Below are positions 26,704 through 36,653 of a DNA stretch of 54,409 nt, one piece after another. The stretch spans positions 1 through 54,409 of the IMG/VR virus record IMGVR_UViG_3300023109_001408. The stretch is one strand, 5' to 3'. The notes under the pieces were generated by a model, which saw nothing but the letters and a program-made list of their open reading frames with translations, was not told the DNA's origin and searched no databases. Each line of letters starts with the position of its first letter. The stretch's first letter is position 1. The stretch is from a virus. Its lineage: Duplodnaviria > Caudoviricetes. A program made the position numbers and the translations under genes.

Positions 26704-29369
26704 GTTATGTAGACGCAATGTTTGACAGAGATCAAGATATGATCCGTGTAGTCGAACGTAAAGACGGTAAGAGAACTTATCGGGAATACCAATCCAAATA
26801 TACATTTTATTACAAAGATGCTAAAGGCAAGTACAAGAGTGTGTACGGTGATCCTCTAAGTCGTATTGTGTGTAAGAACACAAAGGACTTCCGCAAGGAA
26901 GTTGCTATTAACAGAGACAAAGAACTGTTTGAAAGTGATATTAATCCAATCTTCCAGTGTTTGAGCGAAAACTATCTCAATCAAGATGCACCTAAACTAA
27001 ACATTGCGTTCTTTGATATTGAGACTGACTTTGATCCAGAGCGTGGCTTTGCTGATCCTAGTGATCCGTTTATGCCTATTACTTCAATCTCAGTCTATTT
27101 ACAATGGCTTGAAACAATGGTATGTCTTGCTGTTCCACCTAAGACACTTACAATGGAGCAAGCTGAGAAAGAACTCGAAGGCATTGACAATGTAATGCTG
27201 TTTGAAAAAGAAGGTGATATGATTGACACTTTCTTGACACTGATTGAAGATAGTGATATCTTATCAGGTTGGAACAGCGAAGGTTATGATATTCCGTACA
27301 CTGTAAACAGAACAGCTCGCGTACTAAGCAAAGACGACACACGTAGGTTCTGCTTGTGGGGACAACTGCCTAAGAAACGTGAGTATGAAAAGTTTGGTAA
27401 AATAGCGCAGACCTTTGACCTAATAGGCAGAGTGCATTTAGATAGTTTGAATTTATATCGTAAATACACGTATGAAGAAAGACACACATACAGACTTGAT
27501 GCCATTGGCGAAATCGAAGTTGGCGAGAACAAGGTCCCTTATGAAGGCACTTTGGACGCATTGTACAACAATGACTTTAGAAAATTCATCGAATACAACA
27601 TACAAGATACCGCACTACTGGACAAGCTGGACAAAAAACTAAGATTTATCGATCTCAGTAACGAACTTGCACACGCAAACACTGTTTTGCTACAGACCAC
27701 TATGGGTGCTGTTGCTGTTACAGAGCAAGCTATTGTTAACGAAGCGTGGCACAGGGGCTTACAGGTTCCTAATCGTAAAAAGCGTGATGAAGAAAACACA
27801 CAAGCCGCTGGTGCTTATGTAGCATTTCCTAAGAAAGGCTTGCACAAGTGGATTGCAAGTATGGATTTGAATTCACTGTATCCTAGTGTGATTCGTGCAT
27901 TGAATATGGCTCCAGAAACTGTTGTAGGACAAATACGTCCTGAGATTAGTGATGCCCGTGTACATGAAGATATGACGCTTAAAAAGAAGAGTTTTGCAGG
28001 GTCGTGGGAAGGACGTTTCAGTACAGAAGAATACGAAGCTGTTATGGAGCAACGCAAGGACATTGCACTCACTATTGACTGGGAAAACGGTAGCAGTGAT
28101 GTATTAAGCGGTGCAGAAATTTACAAAGTAATCTTTGACAGTAATCAACCGTGGATGCTAAGTGCTAATGGTACAATCTTTACTACAGAGTTTGAAGGAG
28201 TTATTCCAGGTATCCTAAAGCGTTGGTACAGTGAACGTAAAGACTTGCAAAAAATGTTAAAGAAAGCAAAGGACGCAGGAAATGCAGCAGAAATCGAATA
28301 CTGGGACAAAAGGCAACTTGTTAAAAAAATTAATCTTAATAGTTTGTATGGTGCTATTCTCAATCCTGGGTGCCGTTTTTTCGATAAACGTATTGGTCAG
28401 TCTACTACATTAACCGGTAGAACAATTGTTAAGCACATGAGTGCTGAAGCAAACAAAGTTATCACAGGCACATATGATCACACAGGCGAAGCTGTTATAT
28501 ACGGAGATACAGACTCTGTATACTTTAGTGCATACCCTACACTCAAAGATGACATAGAATCAGGTAAAATTCCTTGGGATACTGAAAAAGCTATTACACT
28601 ATATGATCAAGTAGCAGATGCAGTAGACAGCACATTTGCAGATATGATGGCCAAGTCACATCACTGTCCAAAGAGTCGTGCAGATGTTATTGCGGCAGGT
28701 AGAGAGATTGTTGCAAAGTCAGGCTTGTATATTACTAAGAAGCGTTATGCGGCACTAGTAGTAGACAACGAAGGCTTTAGAACAGACACAGATGGCAAAG
28801 CCGGCAAAGTAAAAGCAATGGGCTTGGACTTGCGTAGATCAGATACACCCGTGTTTATGCAGGAGTTTTTAAGTGAACTACTGCTTATGGTACTTACTGA
28901 TAAGCCGCGCGAAGATGTACTACAACGCATCACAGAATTCCGCAAGGAGTTTAGTGCAAGACCTGGCTGGGAGAAAGGTTCGCCCAAACGTGCAAACAAA
29001 GTCGGACACTATCGTCGACTAGAAGAAAAACAAGGCAAGGCAAATATGCCGGGCCATGTACGGGCAAGCATCAACTGGAATACACTCAAACGTATGAACG
29101 GAGACAAGTACTCTGAAGAAATCGTTGACGGTATGAAAGTTATTGTTTGTAAACTAAAACAAAATCCGTTGGGTTATACAAGTGTTGCATATCCAACGGA
29201 TCAGATGAGACTGCCTGAGTGGTTCAAAGAACTTCCGTTTGATGATTCAGCTATGGCAGAAACCATTATTGACAACAAGTTGGACAACTTGATTGGTGTG
29301 CTTAACTATCCGTTAGAAGATACAAAGCAACACACCACATTCTCAAGTTTGTTTGATTTCGGAGAATAA
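26700..29369 (+). CDS. polB: family B DNA polymerase
   Basis: ExoI FDIET, GWNSEGYD, YNIQD; DLNSLYPS, KINLNSLYG, YGDTDS, KKRY. Confidence 0.96.
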   Translation: MSYVDAMFDRDQDMIRVVERKDGKRTYREYQSKYTFYYKDAKGKYKSVYGDPLSRIVCKNTKDFRKEVAINRDKELFESDINPIFQCLSENYLNQDAPKLNIAFFDIETDFDPERGFADPSDPFMPITSISVYLQWLETMVCLAVPPKTLTMEQAEKELEGIDNVMLFEKEGDMIDTFLTLIEDSDILSGWNSEGYDIPYTVNRTARVLSKDDTRRFCLWGQLPKKREYEKFGKIAQTFDLIGRVHLDSLNLYRKYTYEERHTYRLDAIGEIEVGENKVPYEGTLDALYNNDFRKFIEYNIQDTALLDKLDKKLRFIDLSNELAHANTVLLQTTMGAVAVTEQAIVNEAWHRGLQVPNRKKRDEENTQAAGAYVAFPKKGLHKWIASMDLNSLYPSVIRALNMAPETVVGQIRPEISDARVHEDMTLKKKSFAGSWEGRFSTEEYEAVMEQRKDIALTIDWENGSSDVLSGAEIYKVIFDSNQPWMLSANGTIFTTEFEGVIPGILKRWYSERKDLQKMLKKAKDAGNAAEIEYWDKRQLVKKINLNSLYGAILNPGCRFFDKRIGQSTTLTGRTIVKHMSAEANKVITGTYDHTGEAVIYGDTDSVYFSAYPTLKDDIESGKIPWDTEKAITLYDQVADAVDSTFADMMAKSHHCPKSRADVIAAGREIVAKSGLYITKKRYAALVVDNEGFRTDTDGKAGKVKAMGLDLRRSDTPVFMQEFLSELLLMVLTDKPREDVLQRITEFRKEFSARPGWEKGSPKRANKVGHYRRLEEKQGKANMPGHVRASINWNTLKRMNGDKYSEEIVDGMKVIVCKLKQNPLGYTSVAYPTDQMRLPEWFKELPFDDSAMAETIIDNKLDNLIGVLNYPLEDTKQHTTFSSLFDFGE

Positions 29370-29370
29370 A

Positions 29371-29478
29371 GTGAAGATAAAACTAGAAATAGAAATTGAT
29401 ACAGAGAACGAACAGGACCTAAATACTATTGAAGAAGTTATTGAAAAGTTAAGGGAACTAAAGGAGATGATGGAATGA
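29371..29478 (+). CDS. very small hypothetical protein (35 aa, GTG start)
   Basis: Not in the track; fills the gap, GGAG RBS, ATGA overlap with the next ORF. Confidence 0.45.
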   Translation: MKIKLEIEIDTENEQDLNTIEEVIEKLRELKEMME

Positions 29479-29882
29479 AAGTAGGATTTACTTGTAGCAC
29501 ATTTGATTTACTACACGCAGGACATGTACAGATGTTACGTGAAGCAAAAGACCAATGTGATTATCTTATTTGCGGATTGCAAGTTGATCCTAGTGTAGAC
29601 AGAAAAGAAAAGAACTCTCCTATACAAACTATTGTTGAACGCTATACACAACTCAAAGCAGTATCATATGTAGATGAAATTATTCCATATGGTACTGAAA
29701 AAGACTTAGAAGATATCTTGACAATGTATCATATTGATGTTAGAATATTAGGAGAAGAGTATAGAGACGGTAAGTTTACAGGCAGAGCAATTTGTGCTAA
29801 ACGTGGCATCGAACTGTACTTTAATAAGAGAGAGCATCGATTCAGCACCAGTGATTTAAGGAAACGTGTTTGTGAAAAATAA
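29475..29882 (+). CDS. cytidylyltransferase (glycerol-3-phosphate CT / TagD-like)
   Basis: TFDLLHAGH (HxGH), YVDEII, FSTSDLR. Confidence 0.85.
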   Translation: MKVGFTCSTFDLLHAGHVQMLREAKDQCDYLICGLQVDPSVDRKEKNSPIQTIVERYTQLKAVSYVDEIIPYGTEKDLEDILTMYHIDVRILGEEYRDGKFTGRAICAKRGIELYFNKREHRFSTSDLRKRVCEK

Positions 29883-30585
29883 ATTTATTTTTGATGTGGA
29901 CGGAACATTAACTCCTAGTAGAGGAATTATTGACATACATTTTAAAATGTTCTTTAATACATTTTGCTCGGCTAATGATGTTTATCTTGTAACCGGCAGT
30001 GACAAGCCCAAGACCATCGAGCAACTAGGCGAAGATACTTACAATCTATGCAAGCGTGTTTACAACTGCAACGGCAATGACGTTTGGCAGAGCAACAATC
30101 ACATTCAAACTAATGATTGGAAACTTCCTGACCTTGCAAGAACTTTTTTAATTAGTTGTGAATATGAAAGTGATTTTAGCATACGCACAGGCAATCATAT
30201 CGAAGAACGACCTGGCATGGTAAACTTTAGTGTTGTAGGTCGTAATGCTACTCTAGAACAACGTGCGGCATATGTAGCATTTGAAGAACAGAACGGCGAG
30301 CGTAAAAAAATTGCAGATGCGTTTAATACAATGTTTCCTGACCTAGAAGCAAAAGTAGGCGGAGAAACAGGTATTGATATTAGTCCTAAAGGATTTGATA
30401 AGAGTCAAATTATTAAGGACTTTAACATAACAAGAGATAGCCTTTATTTCTTTGGGGATGCAATGCACGAAGGTGGAAATGATTATCCCTTAAAGAAAGT
30501 CGTAAATTATTACAGACATGTTACAGGCTGGCAAAATACTTGGGAATATCTCACTTGGTTTCAAGAACAAGGAATAGCAAGATGA
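29872..30585 (+). CDS. HAD-IIB phosphomannomutase-like enzyme
   Basis: FDVDGTLT, VTGSD, IEERPGMVNFSVVGR, GGETGIDI, FFGD...GGNDY. Confidence 0.8.
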   Translation: MKNKFIFDVDGTLTPSRGIIDIHFKMFFNTFCSANDVYLVTGSDKPKTIEQLGEDTYNLCKRVYNCNGNDVWQSNNHIQTNDWKLPDLARTFLISCEYESDFSIRTGNHIEERPGMVNFSVVGRNATLEQRAAYVAFEEQNGERKKIADAFNTMFPDLEAKVGGETGIDISPKGFDKSQIIKDFNITRDSLYFFGDAMHEGGNDYPLKKVVNYYRHVTGWQNTWEYLTWFQEQGIAR

Positions 30586-31139
30586 AAATATCAACACACA
30601 CTCCTTACCCTGGCATAACTGTTTATGATAATGTTTTTAATTGGGATTTAAATAAAGGAATATTGCTCGGCTGTACAAAGGCTCCATACTTTTTTGGATG
30701 GCAAGATACTTTTAATATAGAAGAAGCATTTCTGCATTTCCAAATTACAAATGACATGTGGCAGCACAGGCACCAAGATAACAATTTAAACAACATTTTA
30801 AACCCGTTAATTGATAGTGCTCCGTTTAGAGATGTTGAAGAAAATAGAATTGCAAGTACTGTTATTAATTGTGATACTACTAATGATTCGCACACTGTAC
30901 ATACACATAAAAATCAAGATGTAATTTTATATTATGTAAATGATAAATGGAATGATGGCTGGGGTGGAGAGACATTTTTTTATGATGAACACGGAAAAGA
31001 AATAGTATATACTTCGCCTTATACTCCTAATAGAATGATTAGATTTGACGGAGAACTAGTTCACAGATTTAATGGTCCAAGTAGAACAGGTCCTAAATTT
31101 AGATTTTCTATATCCACGTTTATATGGAAGGATGAATAA
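30582..31139 (+). CDS. 2OG-Fe(II) oxygenase
   Basis: ILYYVN..W...WGGETFF, PNRMIRFDG..VH, RFSI; start moved to 30582. Confidence 0.72.
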   Translation: MKISTHTPYPGITVYDNVFNWDLNKGILLGCTKAPYFFGWQDTFNIEEAFLHFQITNDMWQHRHQDNNLNNILNPLIDSAPFRDVEENRIASTVINCDTTNDSHTVHTHKNQDVILYYVNDKWNDGWGGETFFYDEHGKEIVYTSPYTPNRMIRFDGELVHRFNGPSRTGPKFRFSISTFIWKDE

Positions 31140-31894
31140 TGAACATTTTATTAACAGGACATAGAGGATTTATAGGGTCAAGTTTAATTAACGCACTTAG
31201 ATTAAATCATACTGTTACAGGTATTGATTTAGTTGACGGAGATGATTTGTTAACATGTGAACTTCCTAATCAAAAATTCGATTTAGTTATTCACCTAGCA
31301 GGACGTTCAGGTGTGCGAGAAAGTATTAAAGACCCTAGTGCATATTGGATGAATAACATAGAAGCAAGTCGTAGACTGTTCGAACGCTATGCTGGCACAC
31401 GTATACTATATGCGAGTAGTTCCAGTGCTTACGAGCCCGATTTGAACCCTTATGCAGCGTCTAAGTTTGTACTAGAAGAACTTGCTGAACGTTATCCTGA
31501 CACACTTGGTATGCGTTTTCACACAGTGTATTCAAGTCGTCCAAGAGAAAACATGTTCTTTGACAAGCTATTTAATAATAAATTAGAATATGTTACAACA
31601 CATTATAGAGATTTTGTACACTTACATGATGTAATAGATGCTATTAATATTTTAATAGGAGCTAAACATGTTAATGGTGTACTTGATATTGGTAGCGGAG
31701 AACCAATAAAGATCCAAGACTTAGCGCCTGATTTACCAGTGCGTCTAAATACTCCGAATGAACGAAAATGGACTTGTGCTAATTTAGAAAAAATGAAAGC
31801 ACTCGGCTATAAACCTAAATACAATATAGAAAAATACTTGACAAAGGCCGATAAAGGCGTTATAATAAACTTATTCAATGGAGAAACAGTATGA
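31139..31894 (+). CDS. NAD-dependent sugar epimerase/dehydratase
   Basis: LTGHRGFIG, HLAG, YASSS, YAASK, RDFVH. Confidence 0.88.
   Translation: MNILLTGHRGFIGSSLINALRLNHTVTGIDLVDGDDLLTCELPNQKFDLVIHLAGRSGVRESIKDPSAYWMNNIEASRRLFERYAGTRILYASSSSAYEPDLNPYAASKFVLEELAERYPDTLGMRFHTVYSSRPRENMFFDKLFNNKLEYVTTHYRDFVHLHDVIDAINILIGAKHVNGVLDIGSGEPIKIQDLAPDLPVRLNTPNERKWTCANLEKMKALGYKPKYNIEKYLTKADKGVIINLFNGETV
31838..31866 (+). promoter_or_regulatory. consensus sigma70 promoter for the clamp/dpdA unit
   Basis: TTGACA-17 bp-TATAAT inside the 3' end of the epimerase gene. Confidence 0.7.
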
Positions 31895-32613
31895 AAGACA
31901 TCTTACAAGACATCGTAGCACACACACATTCGCTAGGCTTTTTAAGCATAGTAAAAGTAACTGGTGGCGATGAAACAACAATCGATTCAATGGCTGATGA
32001 TCGTTCAGTAATTATGAGTGCAACATCCAATCACAGTATTGCAGACGGTACATTTGGTATGCCTAACTTAGACAAGTTGGCATTACATTTAAAAAATCCA
32101 GAGTATCAAAAGGATGCAAAGATTGATGTAGTACAAGCAGAACGCAATGGTGAAACTATACCAACACATATTCACTTTGAAAATGCAACAGGTGACTTCC
32201 AAAATGATTATCGCTTTATGAACAAAGCAATCATTGAAGAAAAACTTAAGACTGTTAAGTTTAAAGGTGCGCAATGGAATGTAGAGATTACTCCTAGCAT
32301 GGCTGCTATTTCACGTATGAAACTTATGAGTGCAGCACATTCGGAAGAACCTACATTTAATGTAACAACTAAAGATAGCAATCTAGTGTTTAGCTTTGGT
32401 GATGCTAGTACACACGCAGGTGAGTTTGACTTTGCAAAAGGCGTAGAAGGAACATTACAACACACATGGAGTTGGCCCGTAGCAGCAGTACAGGCAGTTC
32501 TAAACTTGAGCGGAGATATTACAATGAGTATCTCAGATCAAGGAGCAATGATGATTACTGTTGATTCGGGAATTGGCACATACAATTATATTCTTCCAGC
32601 GCAGAGCAAATAA
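31891..32613 (+). CDS. DNA sliding clamp (gp45/PCNA-like)
   Basis: 240 aa, two-domain alpha/beta pattern, PCNA-like C-terminus YNYILP; PolB and clamp loader are in the same window. Confidence 0.62.
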   Translation: MKDILQDIVAHTHSLGFLSIVKVTGGDETTIDSMADDRSVIMSATSNHSIADGTFGMPNLDKLALHLKNPEYQKDAKIDVVQAERNGETIPTHIHFENATGDFQNDYRFMNKAIIEEKLKTVKFKGAQWNVEITPSMAAISRMKLMSAAHSEEPTFNVTTKDSNLVFSFGDASTHAGEFDFAKGVEGTLQHTWSWPVAAVQAVLNLSGDITMSISDQGAMMITVDSGIGTYNYILPAQSK

Positions 32614-32614
32614 T

Positions 32615-34174
32615 ATGGATGGACCGGCAGAGAGCATGAATACAGACTTAACAGCAACACAAAAAGACTATGCACTGTTTTTACCAGCAACTTCTGGTTT
32701 TTATGCTGCCTTTATCGGTTATCAGCGTAAGAGATTTCCTTACATAGAACCTTCTAGATTACCTACAAACTTTACAAATGATGTAGAAAGTATTAATTAC
32801 TTAGATCCTGCAAGCCCACTGTTATATTACAAGTGGTGCTTGTACTCTGCAGGACATGCTAATCTCGATTTGAACAAACAAGATGATCGAGAAGAAATGT
32901 TTAGAACTCGTCCACGTGATGGCAAAAGTTTTGTACTAGGTGATTCAGGCGGGTTCCAGATTGGTAAAGGCAAGTGGCCTGGTGACTGGAAAGATCCTAA
33001 TTGTCCAGCGGCTGCTAAGAAGCGCAAACAAGTATTAACTTGGATGGATGCGTTAATGGATTATGGAATGTGTTTGGATATTCCGGCGTGGGTTGCACGT
33101 TCTCCAGAAGGTCAAAAAGCTACAGGTATCAGTACATACGAAGAAGCATGTAAAGCTACAGAAATTAATAACGAATATTTTGTTAAAAATAGAAATGGCA
33201 ATTGTAAATTTTTAAACGTTCTACAAGGCGAGAATCATGCTGATGCAGAAGATTGGTATCAGCGTATGAAAAAGTTTTGTGACCCTAAAGTATACCCAGA
33301 TAATCATTTTAATGGTTGGGGTATGGGTGGTCAAAACATGTGCGATGTTCATCTTGTACTAAAAAGATTGGTTGCTCTGCGTTTCGATGGATTACTCGAA
33401 GAAGGATTGCATGACTGGATGCACTTCTTAGGCACTAGTAAATTAGAATGGGCGTTGGTGTTGACTGACATTCAACGTGCTGTACGCAAGTATCATAACC
33501 CTAAATTTACTGTTAGTTTTGATTGTGCTAGTCCTTTTCTTGCAACTGCGAATGGGCAGGTTTACACTGAGACTGAAATAGTAGATCGTGGCAAATGGTC
33601 ATATCGTATGGCAGCGGCTATGGACGATAAAAAGTATGCTCAAGATACTAGACTATTTAGAGATGCTGTGATACAAGATGGTCATCATAAAGCATTTGCT
33701 AACAGTCCTGCAATAGATGCTGTAAAAACTAAAGATATTTGCATTTATGCACCTGGTGATCTTAACAGAATAGGCAAAGAAGGAAGAACTTCTTGGGATA
33801 GTTTTAGTTATGCAATCCTAATGGCACACAATGTTTGGATGCATTTGAATTCTGTGCAAGAAGCAAACAGACAATATGATAACGGTCTTGTGCCTTCTAT
33901 GTTGGTAAATGAAAAACATGATCAACTTTACAGCCGAGATGTTATTAATGCAGTTTTTGCTGCTGAAACTCGTGAAGAAGCAAATAAGATTGTTGATAGC
34001 CATAGTCGACTATGGATGCAAATTCCAGGCACACGCGGCGCTGTTGGTAAAAAATCTGTAAATGCTAGTACATACTTTGGTACATTGTTTGATGTAGAAG
34101 AACCAGAGGTAGTTGAAGATGAAGAAGCACTAGACGAAACTAAGTTGGAGGAACTTGTGGATGAGCAATTATGA
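32615..34174 (+). CDS. dpdA: TGT-superfamily guanine transglycosylase (DpdA-like, probably acting on DNA)
   Basis: LGDSGGFQ, MCLDIP, VLQG, HFLG, SFD and HN motifs; adjacent to folE, queE and a queD-like gene. Confidence 0.72.
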   Translation: MDGPAESMNTDLTATQKDYALFLPATSGFYAAFIGYQRKRFPYIEPSRLPTNFTNDVESINYLDPASPLLYYKWCLYSAGHANLDLNKQDDREEMFRTRPRDGKSFVLGDSGGFQIGKGKWPGDWKDPNCPAAAKKRKQVLTWMDALMDYGMCLDIPAWVARSPEGQKATGISTYEEACKATEINNEYFVKNRNGNCKFLNVLQGENHADAEDWYQRMKKFCDPKVYPDNHFNGWGMGGQNMCDVHLVLKRLVALRFDGLLEEGLHDWMHFLGTSKLEWALVLTDIQRAVRKYHNPKFTVSFDCASPFLATANGQVYTETEIVDRGKWSYRMAAAMDDKKYAQDTRLFRDAVIQDGHHKAFANSPAIDAVKTKDICIYAPGDLNRIGKEGRTSWDSFSYAILMAHNVWMHLNSVQEANRQYDNGLVPSMLVNEKHDQLYSRDVINAVFAAETREEANKIVDSHSRLWMQIPGTRGAVGKKSVNASTYFGTLFDVEEPEVVEDEEALDETKLEELVDEQL

Positions 34175-34370
34175 TAACGTGGAAGACAAACTTCTAGCTC
34201 ACTATGAAGAACTAAAACGTAAACATAAAAAGCTTGACGAAGAGTTGGAAACCAAGTATAATAATATAACAGTTACAGAAGAAGTTCGTAGAATGAAAAC
34301 TATGAAACTTTATCTAAAAGACGAAATGCATCGTATTAACGCATATTTGGTACAAAAAGGTTTAGAATGA
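34161..34370 (+). CDS. small coiled-coil protein (YdcH/DUF465-like)
   Basis: H..LD..L and MK..KL.LKDEM pattern; GGAGG RBS. Confidence 0.55.
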   Translation: MSNYDNVEDKLLAHYEELKRKHKKLDEELETKYNNITVTEEVRRMKTMKLYLKDEMHRINAYLVQKGLE

Positions 34371-35239
34371 AAAGTCTCATAGTAGGAATGGGTATTGGCG
34401 AACTGTACAAATCAGTCTTAACACAGCTAGACTTCGACGTTGTTACTGTGGATCCAGTTAAAAATGCTGACTTTAAAAATATTGTTGATGCACTAGAAGT
34501 ACATCAACATTTTGATACAGTTAATATTTGTACTCCAAACTTTACACACGAAGCATTAACTTCGGTACTTGCACCACACAGTGATGTTATATTTGTAGAA
34601 AAGCCTGGCTTTAAGAATTCCACCGAGTGGCAGTCTGTACTCGATCAGTTTCCCGACACACGTATTATGATGGTAAAGAATAATATGTGGAGAAGCAACA
34701 TCTCCGAAATGCAAATGCTTGCCGCAGACAGTATACAAGTTGACATCAAATGGATTAGAAAAAATTGTATTCCTAATCCAGGTAGTTGGTTTACAAACAA
34801 AGAGTTAGCATATGGTGGAGTAAGTAGAGATTTGGTTCCGCATTTGCTAAGTTTATATATTGCTATGAATCCGCGTTGGGAAAGTACATCACCAGATATT
34901 AGTAATAGTCATCATAGATGGGAATTATCTGAAATTGAAAGTACTGAATATGGTGTTGTAGATTACAATGGTACATACGATGTTGACGACTATGCTCATC
35001 TAAGATATGGAAACAAATGGCATATTCAAGCAAATTGGAGAGACTTGACTAAGGAAGAAAGTTGTGTTACATTTACTAAACACAATGAACTATCGAAAAC
35101 TATTGACTTAGGATGGTGTCCTGAAGATGCTTATCTAAATATGATAAAAACAGCAGTTACAAATAAAGATAATGATATCTTTTGGCAAGATCAATTTAAA
35201 CAAGATTTTTGGATTCACAAACAGATTGAAACATTATGA
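34367..35239 (+). CDS. Gfo/Idh/MocA-family oxidoreductase
   Basis: IVGMG Rossmann motif, ICTPNFTH, VEKP, GG...DL.PH. Confidence 0.82.
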   Translation: MKSLIVGMGIGELYKSVLTQLDFDVVTVDPVKNADFKNIVDALEVHQHFDTVNICTPNFTHEALTSVLAPHSDVIFVEKPGFKNSTEWQSVLDQFPDTRIMMVKNNMWRSNISEMQMLAADSIQVDIKWIRKNCIPNPGSWFTNKELAYGGVSRDLVPHLLSLYIAMNPRWESTSPDISNSHHRWELSEIESTEYGVVDYNGTYDVDDYAHLRYGNKWHIQANWRDLTKEESCVTFTKHNELSKTIDLGWCPEDAYLNMIKTAVTNKDNDIFWQDQFKQDFWIHKQIETL

Positions 35240-36135
35240 AAGTTAGACTATTACACACTGACGGCAGCGGCAGTTTTAAAGAAATAAGTTGGAACAAACC
35301 TAATATATCGGATACTGAAATTGAAGTCAAAGCACTAAAAACAGGTGTGTGTCGCAGCGATTTAGAAATGATGATAGGTAACTTTGGTCCTTTGCCTTTA
35401 GAAATGCAAGGTCACGAAGGCCTGGGTGTTGTTACAAAAGTAGGCGAACTAATTGATAATGCAAAAGTAGGTGACTATGTAGCCACTAGAGGCGAACCTG
35501 CATATGCAGATTATTATAACTGTAGACACAATGAATATGTAGTTGTGCCCAGTGACGATGCCAAGTATATACTTGAACCTGTTGCATGTGGCATCAATGT
35601 AGTGATGCAGCCTTTTGAAGCAATTAAAAATCGTAGTGGTGCAGATAAAAGATGTCTTATTTTAGGCAGTGGATTTCTTGCACAAGTTGCATACAAAAGT
35701 TTAGAACTACTTGATCTTGAGTTTGAGACTATTGATGTTGTTGGCAATTACAACAAAGAATTATGGAAAGGTAAACTTAAAGATACGTATACCGGTGCAT
35801 ATGATGTAGTGATTGATTTGAGTAATAGAACAAATATATTAGATGATATTGAATTTAATAGTGAAGCACTTGTTATACTAGGAGTGCAAAAGAAACTAAC
35901 ATCAGACTTTGGTAACTTGCTTTGGAAAGCTTGTACTATAGTATTTCCTAGTCCAAGGGCAGATAGTTTTATAACAGCAATGCAATTAGCTGAACGCTGG
36001 ATTACAGACAACAAATTAACTGTTGACAATTTCTGGACTAAAAGTTATAATAGAACTACACAATGGAGACAAGCATTTGAAGACGGAATCAATCGTCCAA
36101 TTAATTATAGTAGAGGTTACATACAATGGGACTAA
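35236..36135 (+). CDS. medium-chain (zinc-type) dehydrogenase, sugar/polyol dehydrogenase-like
   Basis: GVCRSD, GHEGLGVV, LEPVAC, ILGSG. Confidence 0.82.
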   Translation: MKVRLLHTDGSGSFKEISWNKPNISDTEIEVKALKTGVCRSDLEMMIGNFGPLPLEMQGHEGLGVVTKVGELIDNAKVGDYVATRGEPAYADYYNCRHNEYVVVPSDDAKYILEPVACGINVVMQPFEAIKNRSGADKRCLILGSGFLAQVAYKSLELLDLEFETIDVVGNYNKELWKGKLKDTYTGAYDVVIDLSNRTNILDDIEFNSEALVILGVQKKLTSDFGNLLWKACTIVFPSPRADSFITAMQLAERWITDNKLTVDNFWTKSYNRTTQWRQAFEDGINRPINYSRGYIQWD

Positions 36136-36638
36136 ACACTGAAAAACGTCAAGAAGTAATATACTTTACAGGAATAGAAGTTGAACGCACTGCAATGTAT
36201 GGTGAAAAAACATTGTTTATTGTAGGTGTGCAGCCCTGTAGTGAAATACAAAAACGAGCAGAAGAACATGGTATTAAGCACTTGTACTTTGGAACAAGTC
36301 AAAGTTTTACACCTAAAACTAATGAAGACTGGATAGCATGGGAAAACATGATTAAAGCCTTACTTACAGCAGGCTATTGGTGTACATTAGACTTTGATGC
36401 GGAATATAGTTCTGGAGTTTTAGAAACAGGACTCGATGAGAATCATAATTTTATTAGTATGATTAGCGTTAAATTACCATATTTAAAACTATTCAATTAT
36501 AATGCAACATTGAAATTAGATGACACTACTTGGGGTGACACCAATAGTGGCGTATGGTGTCACAGTTTACATAATCTAATGGATCGTAAAGTTTATACAG
36601 ATTGGAAAGATTATGGACTTGACACAGTTATCGATTAA
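36126..36638 (+). CDS. hypothetical protein within the modification cluster
   Basis: 170-aa coupled ORF; no recognisable motif. Confidence 0.65.
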   Translation: MGLNTEKRQEVIYFTGIEVERTAMYGEKTLFIVGVQPCSEIQKRAEEHGIKHLYFGTSQSFTPKTNEDWIAWENMIKALLTAGYWCTLDFDAEYSSGVLETGLDENHNFISMISVKLPYLKLFNYNATLKLDDTTWGDTNSGVWCHSLHNLMDRKVYTDWKDYGLDTVID

Positions 36639-36647
36639 TGTTACAAT
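36619..36647 (+). promoter_or_regulatory. sigma70-type promoter
   Basis: TTGACA-17 bp-TACAAT with extended -10 TG; ATG 36654 lies 6 nt after the -10 box. Confidence 0.65.
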
Positions 36648-36653
36648 ATAAAC

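Noticed and set aside
26700-29369. Intein or intron in polB, or in thyA
   Set aside because: Both ORFs are continuous, of normal size, with motifs in order and no splicing or homing-endonuclease signatures.
32615-34174. Calling the TGT-like gene a tRNA-guanine transglycosylase (tgt)
   Set aside because: It lacks the CxCxxC zinc site of bacterial Tgt, is longer, and sits next to the clamp and polymerase. A DNA-acting DpdA-like role fits better but is unproven.
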